Below are positions 18,401-28,690 of a DNA stretch of 64,000 nt, one piece after another. This DNA is from Epithemia pelagica. Taxonomy: Eukaryota > Protista > Bacillariophyta. Both the position numbers and the translations under genes were made by a program. Below the pieces are notes generated by a model. That model made no database searches and was not told where the DNA came from. It saw nothing but the letters and a program-made list of their open reading frames with translations. How positions within the stretch are numbered: position 1 is the first letter of the stretch; every line of letters starts with the position of its first letter. Where the stretch lies: NCBI GenBank assembly GCA_946965045.2, contig OX337235.1, forward strand, positions 1,922,001 through 1,986,000, written 5' to 3'.

Positions 18401-21201
18401 GTCGGATTCCCATCGATCGGGTGGATCCCCATGAAGGCCGCAAGACTCTCGGCGTTTGGTCCTCTCCAGATGGGTCCATGGCTGCTCAGTTGAAATACCT
18501 AAGAGAAAAAGTTGCCGCCTGGGTCGAGAAAATCCGCGTGCGCCATCTCCCACACCATCTAGTTTGGCTCTCACTACGGACCGGTATTTACAAAACGTTG
18601 GAATATCCTTTGGCCGCTACCACTTTTTCGGAACTCGAATGCCGCGAATTGGTAGCACCCCTTCTCAAAGTCGGCCTTAGTCGGTCACACATTGTCCGGT
18701 CTATGCCCCGGGATATTGTACATGGTACTTCCAACGTTGGTGGTTTAGCTCTCCCTCAGCTGTATGTGGAACAAGGCATTGCTCACCTACGGACCTATCT
18801 TCAGTTCGGACGTTCTCGGCAGTATATCACTGGGTTTCTCCTCCGAGCATCTATGGAGTATCTTCAGATTGAACTCGGCTGCCTTGGGCACCCTTTCCAA
18901 TGCTCTTACGATACATGGTCCCACTGTGCCGTCCCTACCTGGTGTACTTTGCTGTGGCAGTTCTGCTCCCACTCGAGTATCCAAGCCCCGGCCATTATTG
19001 ACGATCTTCCTCTCCTCCGTATCGGTGATCGCCCCCTCATGTTCTCCTTTTGGCTCGCTGGTTACCGGACCCCCAAAATCTTGGCAAAATTGAACCAATG
19101 CCGTTTGGCTTTACGCGCTCTCACCCTCGCGGATATTGTTTCTACGGACGGCCGTCACATCTTGACCCAAGCCTGGCAAGGAACCGCCCCCTGTGGGCGC
19201 TGCCGCTGGAGCGACTCTTGGCCACGGTCCCCTCCTTTCGAAGCCCTCGACTGGGACCTCTGGCGCACGGCCCTGCAATCTGCATTGGGTGTCTCGGAAC
19301 GCTACCAAACCATCACTACCACCCTAGGTTCTTGGCTTATTCCCTCTGGTCAATGCCCGTTTACGTTCTTTTGCCCGGAGTTTGATCGGCTCTACCTTCC
19401 GGCATCCGAGAACCAATGGCGAATGTTCACTCGCTGCCCTACTCGACGTGGCCGACCCAGATTTCAGGCGTCCAACGTCTTGGCTTCATGGTCCACCCTC
19501 GCCCTTACCCCGTCTCTGTTCCCTGCTGATGTCTACGGTTCCTCCGACGTTGTCACTCTATTGACTCATGACCCGGCCCCCTTTCCCATTATCACGGACC
19601 TACATCTCCCGTCTTCCCCTCCCCGATTTTCTTGGTCGCTCCCCTGTCTCGGCCCCATCACCCAAGTATGGTTCGATCGACCTTCCGACTTCACGTTGGT
19701 GCAATTTTTACACGCGTTATCTTCGGACTCACTGGCATCCTTCTCGGATGGTTCGGCGCATCATCAGGTCTCCGGAACGTGCGCTTGGGGTTTTGCTTTT
19801 GCCCCGGATACTTTGATTGACTTGTCAGCTGGTTTTCGGATCCCAGGACCGCCCGTGGCCCAGTCTTCCTTTCGCAGTGAACTTGGAGGACTTTATGCCA
19901 TCCTGATGGTCGTTCGGCACGTGGTTCGCCATTTCCCCTCCGCTACGGGCACGATTTCCTTTGCCACGGACAGCCAGGCGGTTCTAGATCGGTGCTTTAA
20001 CTACCCTCGCCCGGTGGACGTCTCTTTCGCGAGTTGGGATTTGGTCTCTCTTTGTCGGGAGCTACTTGATTCAATGCCGTTGATCCGGTGGCACAGTTTC
20101 CACGTCAGTGGCCATCAAGATTCCTCCAACCCGTCCGCCCTGGATATCTGGGCGCGTCGGAATATTGCCATGGATGAACGCGCCACTGCTGTCTACGATC
20201 AAGTCGCCTGCCCCGCCGACGTCCCCATCCACCAAGCACCAATCCCACCATTTTGGCTGAATGACACTCCGGTCTTTTCTGATTTTGCTCCCCAACTCCG
20301 TGCGTTCTTACTGGACCCACCTCTGGTTTCTCATTGGCAGAAGTTGCATCGCTTTGGGGCAACCCTGGACCCAGCCAAGGATGTCGCATGGGAGTCCTAT
20401 TCTCCAGCCCTTCGCTCCATCCCGCAATCCCGCCGACATTGGATAATCAAGGCTACGGCTCAGCGCTCCGCGGTCGGTATCGAAATGGTGCGCCGTCGCT
20501 CCTGGCGTTCCCCCACATGTCCCGTGTGTCTGCAGGAACCGGAAACCGCTACCCACGTGTTCCGTTGTGCGGACCCCCGAGTTTTGGACTGTTGGCAGAG
20601 TGCTTTGCAGAAGCTCGAGATTTGGTTCTCACGCACTTTCACGAATCCAGTTGCTGCTCGTGTCATTCTGACCCGGTTTCAGGAGTGGACCCACCGCCGT
20701 CCGTACTCGGTATTTACAACCACGGTCCCACACTTAGCCGCGGCTGTCGATGCGCAAGATCGGATGGGATGGGATGCGACGCTATATGGATTCTGGGCGA
20801 AAGAATGGATCGAGATGCAGGATGTCTACCTCCGCTTTCTTGGGCGCCGCAACACGGGCAGAAGATGGCTTACTCTCCTCATCCAACAAGTCTGGAACAC
20901 TTCGTGGGACTTGTGGGAACATCGCAACGGTATCTACGTTGCGGCGGAGTCATCCCGTGCACGACAGCAACGCCAGGACGCGATCAGGCACTGGTATGCC
21001 AATCCCCCTGCGTTACCGACCCCCGCTGTCCGGATGCTCTTACGCCGCCCCCTACCCACCCGTCTCCAGGACTCCGTGTCCGCTCAAGAAGCCTTCCTTC
21101 GCCGCATGACGACTCACACACATCGCCGGCCGGATGCTTCGCTACGACTTCAACAACATCGATTTCGGAAATTCTTCCGACCACCCCCGTCCCCAGGTTG
21201 A
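15382..21201 (+). CDS. ORF2 of the non-LTR element (1939 aa): APE endonuclease, RT, RNase H, C-terminal CCHC-like knuckle
   Basis: Endonuclease VALNVSG, CLSE, LDAN, RPIDAMF, GDHRP; RT SGPSG, LRTILLYE, EQYGSR, DAKSCYD, QGNGAGP, FVDD; RNase H FSDGS, RSELGG, TDSQ, VSGHQD, NIAMD; CPVC-x6-H-x3-C. Confidence 0.95.
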   Translation: MTLPRRHLVRRRGRAINSDAPASGAPSLPVATEGPLRDSRAVSPSFPTADGTCWGDSFQEEAPESVLRVVALNVSGLPAHPGGIKYQDLLHFIHDYSVDIICLSELNLAWHCLPEPSHFAQVTRPWFRSVSSTVAWYRDQSLTTSFQRGGVGILVRDSHTGRICGSGEDPVGLGRWAWIRLRGHHGSHLRVFSAYRPVFNPRDPGSVWNQHNDFFQAQTPPRLCEPRQAFLVDLTCALQAAYDAGDQVLLSLDANEPHLWQPNNQVSQTFASANLHDLHLERHDRTTAPPTHNRGLRPIDAMFGSASLQPYTSGYLPFGSGPGDHRPLWIDLSLPHVFGQPTRATTPSAARRLQCRDPRTVARYHTALHRHYAEHRISERSFQLETSVSGPLTSSQAAEWECLDKLRTEGIFHADFRCRRLRTDAVPWTPALGQTLQVHRFWDKFYHFRIGRHVSFSFLRRLARKAGLEIPAAMPVDDILAQRQLAWERYRAAKKAAPQERQGFLSQLAQARADAGLEAAATGLSNMLRRERQRRDAAILRSILQPGQRRGLSSVDIPTPNTGTWTDGDWTGLWTTRTDRQGMEQGCLEENDRRFRQASDTDLLTPSLLAALGPMGTSPLAVELVAAGATKGLQDYGLSDAALLYLSSHRRPAVLHLPSSPLPLDFRTQAYSRSWLKMDEFTASGPSGLHFGHFQANAVDPQLAAVDAALARIPTLSGYVPLRWMQGMNVMLEKKPGVSQVTKLRTILLYEADYNHNNKLLGRAMMRFAETNALLAPEQYGSRKAHSAIFQSVNKVLTFDILRQSRHPGALCSNDAKSCYDRIVHSTAGLAMQRCGVPPALVKASLGPIQRLKHYIRTQYGDSTTFFSADSGEVPVQGIGQGNGAGPAIWAVVSTPIFNAMRQRGYGIFLRSPGSGTEFLFVGYAFVDDTDVVVNDVSVHATAASVTEKLQTSINFWEEALRASGGALAPAKCHWYLIDYQWTGKSWRLVTPADTPATITVRSPSGRRIPIDRVDPHEGRKTLGVWSSPDGSMAAQLKYLREKVAAWVEKIRVRHLPHHLVWLSLRTGIYKTLEYPLAATTFSELECRELVAPLLKVGLSRSHIVRSMPRDIVHGTSNVGGLALPQLYVEQGIAHLRTYLQFGRSRQYITGFLLRASMEYLQIELGCLGHPFQCSYDTWSHCAVPTWCTLLWQFCSHSSIQAPAIIDDLPLLRIGDRPLMFSFWLAGYRTPKILAKLNQCRLALRALTLADIVSTDGRHILTQAWQGTAPCGRCRWSDSWPRSPPFEALDWDLWRTALQSALGVSERYQTITTTLGSWLIPSGQCPFTFFCPEFDRLYLPASENQWRMFTRCPTRRGRPRFQASNVLASWSTLALTPSLFPADVYGSSDVVTLLTHDPAPFPIITDLHLPSSPPRFSWSLPCLGPITQVWFDRPSDFTLVQFLHALSSDSLASFSDGSAHHQVSGTCAWGFAFAPDTLIDLSAGFRIPGPPVAQSSFRSELGGLYAILMVVRHVVRHFPSATGTISFATDSQAVLDRCFNYPRPVDVSFASWDLVSLCRELLDSMPLIRWHSFHVSGHQDSSNPSALDIWARRNIAMDERATAVYDQVACPADVPIHQAPIPPFWLNDTPVFSDFAPQLRAFLLDPPLVSHWQKLHRFGATLDPAKDVAWESYSPALRSIPQSRRHWIIKATAQRSAVGIEMVRRRSWRSPTCPVCLQEPETATHVFRCADPRVLDCWQSALQKLEIWFSRTFTNPVAARVILTRFQEWTHRRPYSVFTTTVPHLAAAVDAQDRMGWDATLYGFWAKEWIEMQDVYLRFLGRRNTGRRWLTLLIQQVWNTSWDLWEHRNGIYVAAESSRARQQRQDAIRHWYANPPALPTPAVRMLLRRPLPTRLQDSVSAQEAFLRRMTTHTHRRPDASLRLQQHRFRKFFRPPPSPG

Positions 21202-21362
21202 GTTGTCTCTCCTTCCACGGACCCCCCTACTATATGTTCTCGTCCTTTCAGTTTCTTTTTTCAGATGACTGGCCGTGTCGACTTGCCCGGACGGGCTAAG
21301 AGCTCCTCTTGGTTCACAAGCGACGTAAAAGCCTTAGGCAGACTTTAAGTCTAATCCATGAG

Positions 21363-21381
21363 TTATTATTATTATTATTAT
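21363..21381 (+). repeat. (TTA)n 3' tail of the non-LTR element
   Basis: Six TTA units running directly into the downstream TSD. Confidence 0.9.
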
Positions 21382-21956
21382 TGAAACAATGCCTCTTGAT
21401 TGTTGGTGCTGGCTTTCGAACACCTTTTCTTCTTATAACACGATGATGTCCATGTCAGAAATGATCAGATCCTCCGCATCAATGTTTGTGTAACATGTAC
21501 TAGATAATTTGGAGCCGATCCCGCCTCTTCAATGATGGAAACATTCGTAAATAATGTTCAGTGTTCAATCCAACTCTACGTCACTATGTCAATGATATGC
21601 CGATGAGATTGAAGAGAAGGCAGTCTCTTCCGTGAGGACGGAGCGCGTGGCTGAAACGTATTCATTTGGTAAATGACTCAATATTTCATATCCCTCGATG
21701 ATGCTTGCGGGTTTCCGAGAAGGATGTCCTTTGATTTGTATTAGAGATATCATAGACTCATGTAAAGATGTGCTTGCTTATAACTATGTTTCTTCAACAG
21801 ACGAAGATGATACAGTCTTTAACTCTGCTCCCTCCTCATGACCCAAAGAAGAGTTCACAGGTCTCTTAGGGATGTGTTTCAGTTTCTTTTGGCTCGGCTT
21901 GATGCAACTCTTATTGATCGAGGCGACACTGCTCTACCTATATCCTTTCCTTTTCC

Positions 21957-23654
21957 TTATTCGTCGGCCACAGCCACCGGTGTTTCTTCTTTTGACGAGA
22001 GAGCTGCGTCGTTCTCCTTCTGGACTCCGTTGGGCCCATTTGCCTCCGCGGCTACCATTGTGGATGCTTTATCGAACGACTTCTCCGGATGTTGTGTATT
22101 GCCATTGGTTTTAGAGAGCTTCTCGCGAGGCTTCTTCTCGTCGTCGCCAGCCATCAACCATGGTGCGTCTTCCCCAAAGGCAATTTTTCCACTTACAGAG
22201 TCGGCCGAAATAACAGGTTCTCCGATGCCAATTCCCAGTTGAGTAGGATCTTCATCTGGATCTGAAAGGGCCGAGTTCACCGAGGCAGCATCATCATGGG
22301 TTTGGATAACTATCTCTTTTCTGTTCCCACCTCGGGGTGATGAGGATCGATCATGCTCTCCCGAGGCCGCAATATCCTCACGTATCTTGGTGTCATCGCG
22401 GCCTTTGCCATCGCGAGACGGTGCCTTGGACAAGCAAAAGCTATCACGGAATGGTAATCCACGCAAAGCATTCAATGTCGCACCAGGTCCAGCATGAGAA
22501 GGGAGCTCATCGTATTTCTGAGAGACGTCGGGAGGCACACTTGCGAGGAGGGCCTGCAGATCGCTCCCTTGAGCAAAGGTATCGTCGGCAAACGCACCAG
22601 TGGTGTTTTCCTTGTTGTTGTCGTCCAAGAGCTTCTGAATGTACGCATCTTGTCGCTTCAGGGTATCATCGTATATACTTTTCATACTCGCCTTAGTCGC
22701 ATCCAAGGTCATCATGTGTAGTTCGCACAAGGCTTGTTTATCCGATAGCCATGATTTGCATCGCTGTAGATACTTCTTAATTTCCTTGAACGACTTCTTC
22801 AACTTCGACTTTTGTTTCTCCAAGGCAAGCATCTGATGCATATTGCGACATAACTGCGCTTCTAACGATAATTCTTGATCCGCTGTCGGAGATACTTCCT
22901 GTTGCTGATGCTGTTTGCTCCATTTCTTAGTCGCTTTCATCATGGCCTTTGCGTAGGTTGCAGCGTCGTACGTTGTGCTTTGACAAAAATGCCGTATGTG
23001 TTTGTCAATGGCTTCTTCCACTTCGAGCAAATGCTTCTCCATACGTTGTCGTTTGAAAATGTGACGTGTTTCCACTCGATTGCCCTGCAAGCGCAATGCC
23101 TTCAAGTTTTTGCGTTTGGCTTTAATGGCTTTGCGAGTTTCTCGCACTTGCTTGTCGCTCTTGATTTTATCCGCATACTTTGCTTTTTGTTGCGCCCACT
23201 GATACTCCTCCGACGACTGGCCATAAAACCAGCCGAACATGGAATCTTTTTGATCATTCCAACGTTTTTGAGCATCTTCTTGTTCCTTTATTTTTTGGCG
23301 GGCTTTCTTTTCTTCCATCTGTTTGACAAATTCCTTTTGTTTGTCTTCTGCACTTTGGCCCGTCACAAGTCTACGCAGTTCATCTGGACTTAATTTGGGG
23401 TTTTTGACAGCAGCCAAGGCCATTTCCATTGCCAAACGAACTTCTTCATCATCTTCATCGATTGTCGGTGGTTCATCACCTGCGTCTGACTCGGTTGTTG
23501 TCTGAGCTTCTTCCTCTTCGTCCTCGTTTTCGTCCCCCTCTTCAATTACCGAGTCATCCTCACCGTCATCAATATCATCTTCACGTTGCTCCTCTGTGGT
23601 TTCAGTTTTGTCGCTTTTGTCCTCCTTGGACGAGGAATCATTGTCGGCTGTCAT
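21957..23654 (-). CDS. Hypothetical coiled-coil protein with an acidic N-terminus
   Basis: Uninterrupted ORF of about 565 aa; D/E-rich start followed by long K/E/Q/R helical stretches. Confidence 0.8.
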   Translation of the reverse strand: MTADNDSSSKEDKSDKTETTEEQREDDIDDGEDDSVIEEGDENEDEEEEAQTTTESDAGDEPPTIDEDDEEVRLAMEMALAAVKNPKLSPDELRRLVTGQSAEDKQKEFVKQMEEKKARQKIKEQEDAQKRWNDQKDSMFGWFYGQSSEEYQWAQQKAKYADKIKSDKQVRETRKAIKAKRKNLKALRLQGNRVETRHIFKRQRMEKHLLEVEEAIDKHIRHFCQSTTYDAATYAKAMMKATKKWSKQHQQQEVSPTADQELSLEAQLCRNMHQMLALEKQKSKLKKSFKEIKKYLQRCKSWLSDKQALCELHMMTLDATKASMKSIYDDTLKRQDAYIQKLLDDNNKENTTGAFADDTFAQGSDLQALLASVPPDVSQKYDELPSHAGPGATLNALRGLPFRDSFCLSKAPSRDGKGRDDTKIREDIAASGEHDRSSSPRGGNRKEIVIQTHDDAASVNSALSDPDEDPTQLGIGIGEPVISADSVSGKIAFGEDAPWLMAGDDEKKPREKLSKTNGNTQHPEKSFDKASTMVAAEANGPNGVQKENDAALSSKEETPVAVADE

Positions 23655-24109
23655 TCTCACAATTGTCTAAAATGAATGAAAAGACCCCTTTCAAGATCCG
23701 CTCTTTCGATGCACTTGAAATGAGATCAACAGATTTGCCGTCTCCTTTCCACTTCTAGCAATGGATTATTCCTGCGTCGATCCAACACTGATGCTTTCTG
23801 ATTGAAACAACCTTGCCGTATCGTTGTTAACGTGCATACCAGCGGCCCGAAAACAAGAAACACATCGTAAGAGGAAAAGACCAATATTTCTCGTAATGAC
23901 TCTGGATATTTGTGACCCTCTGTTTCGGTTTGGGAGAGTCTTTAGAGGTCCCACTCATACATTCAAAGTAGATTCTGACAAAATGTGTTCACATGAACGC
24001 GAGGTTTTGGTATAGTACAGTGACTGACAATGGTTGGGTTAGTCCTTTGCGTTGACAGTCGCACCACGCGACACACGACCACGAGATATATCTTTTGGGG
24101 GAGTAGAAT

Positions 24110-26280
24110 TCCCCCAACACCGACCTCCACCTCCGTGCATCACAACGACGCCTCAACAACCAACCAATGGACGACAACCTCGGCGCCGCAACCCACACCA
24201 CGTCCATACTCGACGATACATCGATCTGCCTTTGTTTCCAGGACCTGCCCTGGTTTCTTTCTGAATTACAATCCCGAGGCGCACCATTAGGCATCAAAGT
24301 CAACATGAGCAAAACGAAAATACTCACCTCCACAAACGGTCAATCTCCCATTTCCCGTCTCTCCCCCACCGACGCCTCCGCCCTCTCTACGGCCCTCTCC
24401 CTCCTCAATCCCACTCATCCCTCCAACGCTGAAATCACTACCGGCATCCGATTCCTCGGCCATCCCATTGGCAATCCCTCTTTCATCCACTCTTTTATCT
24501 CCCAGAAAATCTCAACTGTCACCTCCCACCTCGACAAAGTCATGCTACTTCCACACGCCCAAACACGTACCATTATGTTTCGTTTCTCCATCGCCACCTG
24601 TATTTCCCATCTCCTCTGGGCCGACATCCTCATGTCGTCCACACCCAACAACCAAACCACCCCGTATTGGTCTTCCTCAATCACCCACCAACTCGACACA
24701 CTACACTCCACCTTCCTTCAACGTACCACACAACAATGACATACTCTCCCCTCCCACGCTCTTTCCATCGCCACACTCCCAGAACGTCATGGTGGCTTGG
24801 GCATCCCCAATGCCCACACTATGGCACTCCCCTCCCTCATCGCTACCATCACCCGCACTCTTTCTTTAGCCCACCCACCAGACACCCAGTCAACCCTTGC
24901 TCCTTACCACCAAACTCTCTTCCAGCACTGGCCATCCAGCCACCTCCATCTCTTCCACACTTTTTGATCGGCCCTCCAGGCATTCGACATCTCCCTCAAT
25001 GCCACCGATCCCCTCCCCTCCCTGCTCCAACAACTACCTGCAACAATCCAAAACGCCCTAACAGACCAAACAATCAAACAATCAGCACTCCCCCGGTTGA
25101 TTGCTGAATTCCCACAGCACCTCCTCCACACTCTGCCCTCCACTCTCTCCCCTTTTGTCAGCAAAGCTCTTCACCAACCCCGTCGTTACCATCCTTTCCA
25201 CATCCCGGACCATCTGTATCTTATTACCATTACCTGAAAACTCCGCCTCCCCCTTTTCACCCACATCAACCCTCCTCACCGTTGCACATGCCAACAACCC
25301 ACTGACCTTGACCCTTTTGGAGACCACCTCTTTTCCTGTCGCAAAGCCCCAAAAACGCACGCGTCCAACACTATTCGAGATGGCCTTTTCAACATTCTAC
25401 AAGAACTGGCCCCGCACTCTCGCCACACCCGTTCCGCCAACGACGTTCACATTGAACCACTGGGCCTGCTCCCCGCCCACCCATCCAACATCCGCCCGGC
25501 CGATGTTGGAATCCAACTCGTCCCAACCGAAAACAAACACAAACTCTCATACATTGCCATCGATGTCACTATCCCTCCGCTCGATCTCTCCCCACCAGCA
25601 ACATCCGATCTGCCCGATCTTCCCCAAATTGCCGCAATGGCCAGCAGGGCACATCATGTTGCTGCTCGCAGCAAATTCACACGCGACACATATACTGCGT
25701 CGCTCTTGACCCAACAGCACATGGCCCTGGTTCCTTTTACAGTTGACCATCTTGGAGGCCTCGGCCATTTCGGCCACAATTTACTCTTCCCCAACCCATC
25801 ATCCACACAACACTACCTCTTCGGCCCAAACACACCTCCCCCATGGCCAGATGATCGTCTCGGCTTCACCTCCTCTCGTGCTCTCCCTCGCCCCAACGCT
25901 TTCGACCTCTACTCCAGTTTCAAAAAATGTCCAAAACATTTCTCTTCGGTTCCTTGCTCCTTCGAACCACTGTCCGCCAAAACAACAACCCCATCCGCTA
26001 CCCCTTCCGAACACCTGTCACTCTCTGCCTTCACCAAGATCGCCCTCGGCCACGCTATTGTCATCGGCCTCTCCACCCACATCGCCCAACAACTCTCCGT
26101 CATCGAATCCGCCTCTTTGCAAAAACGACAAACCCGTTTTCGTAACTCCCCCTTGCCTCATTTCTTCCCCCACGCCCAACCTACTCTCCACCCCCATACA
26201 CACCCTTCTGGCTGTCGCAAACCCTAGCGGACAACACCCACCCCCTTACAGCCTCTGCCTAATACGGGGGCATAGCTAGA
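24110..26280 (+). mobile_element. 5'-truncated, decayed CRE-type (RLE) non-LTR retrotransposon; boundaries approximate
   Basis: One frame from 24167 to 26227 with three TGA stops. It shows the RT tail (SILDD, GIKVNMSKT, GIRFLGHPIG), ERHGGLG, zinc finger CTC...DPFGDHLFSC, and RLE motifs RPADVG, IAIDVT, PFTVDHLGGLG. Confidence 0.85.
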
Positions 26281-27197
26281 CAACTTTATACTCTACTAGC
26301 GAAAGAGCAAGTTGCTAACAACTCTACCTCTAGCTAGCTAAGGTAGGCGAGAACACATGTCTCGTGTAACAAAACTTGTTGTCGTGCTTGTGGGCCTTGA
26401 GTGAGCATCGCAGGAATAGTTTGGTTCAGCGTACGGAACGACCTGATGTCCTCTTTCTTAACACATCCGTACCCAAGCTCCATGGTCTTTGTCATCAAAA
26501 AAAGGGAAGATCTGGAAAGGTAGAAACAGAGGCACGCAAGTTTTTCAGTTTGTGCTCCTACCCATAAAATCTGTGATAACAGAAATGCCATTATGTTTTG
26601 AAGATGGACAGAAATGGCTGAGCGAATGGCGAGGCCGCTCCTCATTTACATTGGTTCATTGCTCGCTGCAAGTTGAACATCAACTTTACGTAGCACATAG
26701 TACATCATTTTTGTCCGGAAAGACTGCACCAGTTGTGATCGCTGAAGAGAGTTCCATCTTGGAACACAACATGTGATGGAGAGAGAATACTCATTTGACA
26801 GAAGCCACTTTAACGATGCCGCCCATTGTAGGGGAGCTCTTGAGGTCATGCCATAAAGCATCCATCCGGATCCGGATTTCGGTTTTCCAATGAGATGTTC
26901 GCCGCGCGCGAATCATCCGTTGCACCAGACGGAACACGTGTTCTTTCTATCGATACTTACTACGAGGCGATCATGCCATGCCTCATCAAGAGCAAAACCG
27001 GAACCCATCTTTGTCAAGCGAAAAAAATAAATTTATCGCTCCGTCGTGTGTGGGGTTTTGAGCGAGATGCATGATGCTCCACATGGGAGACAACAGACAC
27101 AACGACACGAGGAGCAAACTTGTCTGTGAGTAGAGACAACAAGATATAGACAGGAAACGACCTCACAAAGAATCAAGGCCTACGAGAGGTTGCTACA

Positions 27198-27545
27198 ATG
27201 ACATCTTTTCTCTTTCTAGCAGCCGACTACGCTGTGGTGTTGCTGTTGGTGGTGTTCGGCGCCGCCTTTGCGAGCACCGGTGGCCATCTTCCCATCGCCA
27301 GTTCGACCAACTCGGTTGTCCTGGAAGCGAAGAGCAATCGTCTTGGACGTCGGGTGAGCAGCTTTGACGCCAAACGACTTTATGAACTGGTCAAGCAACA
27401 AGAGCGAGAAGAAGAAGAGCAGCAGCACCGGCACTATCTTTCAGCCGCCTCGTCTTCTTCACCCTTGTTGTTGTCTCCCGCCTTGCGACCCCGTAGAAAA
27501 AGATCGCCGGAAGAAAGGCGTGCAAGATTAAAATCATGGGGTTGA
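27198..27545 (+). CDS. Small protein (115 aa) with hydrophobic leader and basic Ser/Arg-rich tail
   Basis: ATG start; DYAVVLLLVVFGAAFASTGG resembles the leader of the 48611 ORF. Confidence 0.55.
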   Translation: MTSFLFLAADYAVVLLLVVFGAAFASTGGHLPIASSTNSVVLEAKSNRLGRRVSSFDAKRLYELVKQQEREEEEQQHRHYLSAASSSSPLLLSPALRPRRKRSPEERRARLKSWG

Positions 27546-28690
27546 GAAAAACAAAGAGGTTTACAAGACATTAAAACGGAGATCCCAAAAGAAGGCATAC
27601 ACTTGATGCCTTGCTTCAGCCGCTATACCTCCGTAGTATTGATACATGTGGGACGCTGTTTAAAGCTAGAAATTCTATTGTACCATTCTATTTTCCACGT
27701 CGATCACAGTTCAAAGTGCCCGCCCTGGGCAAGCCTCGTTCCACAAACAATAGGTCGGTCTTTCAATTCACCTAAAATCAAACTCAATCGATGGGTCACT
27801 TCAGGCCAGCCGTATTTTACATGTTCCTCCATGCCATCGAACAACTGCTACTCGCTTCGAACGTTGTCGTCGCCTGGACGAAAGTGCTACCAAAAGTCGC
27901 GCTGCCCGGGGAAATGATCTTGACTTGTCCTCTTGCGTTCTTGACCGAATCATCGGTCTGGTCACACTTTTTCTGGCATGATGTGAAGCTATGGAGTTTG
28001 TTTCTCTAGGGCGGGATTGGTATCCGATGAAGTCGCCGTGGGAAAAAGGACTTTGTGATGTTGACTAGGCCTGATCATTTCGGACTTCTTGTTGTTGTAC
28101 TATTCTGATCAAAGACCTCGTCGGAGATGGAATAGGGTGCACTCAAGAAAACAAAAGCAGATGATACCCCGTTCACAAATTGTGTGTCTGGTGTGCTAGC
28201 AGTGGAAGAAATGTTTGTCACGCAATTTGGCCGCTCTTCCTACTTGCGTTTTGCGTTTACTTTCTTACCCGTATTAGAGGATAATAGATGGGTTGATGTG
28301 CCTGGCACAACATGCATCTGTGACCTGGCAACAATGCTAGTGCTATGAGCTATGAAGTGAAATGCAATGCAGGATCCATGTCAAGAGAGCAAGCTGCGAC
28401 CCCTCTATTTTTTCGGATTTCGGATACCTCACAGCTGACCGCAATACCCGCCGTTATGATTGGGATGGTGTTTTCCAGTCAGCCTTACGACCTGAGTTTG
28501 GTAAAGAAAAAAAGGGACTGAGCCCTGCCCAATGGGACTTTGATTTCTAAAGAATGAGTTCAGTTTAGTATAGTTGTTCTATATCTCTAATAGAATCATA
28601 GAGCAATGTGTTAACATCTATGGTTTCAGCGAGCTTCCAGGCTTTTGAGGCAAAACTTGCTGCATATTCGTCTGTCGGGCGAGGAAACAA

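Larger units (their letters stand above)
12494..21381 (+). mobile_element. Full-length two-ORF non-LTR retrotransposon with APE, RT and RNase H (Ambal-like)
   Basis: 16-bp TSD TGAAACAATGCCTCTT at 12478-12493 and 21382-21397, (TTA)n tail from 21363, and two intact ORFs. Confidence 0.92.

Noticed and set aside
21398-21730. Host gene disrupted by the TE island (minus-strand frame continuing across the rebuilt empty site)
   Set aside because: The frame has several stops and no recognisable motif.
27603-28550. Scattered protein-like short ORFs
   Set aside because: No consistent frame, splice model or motif.
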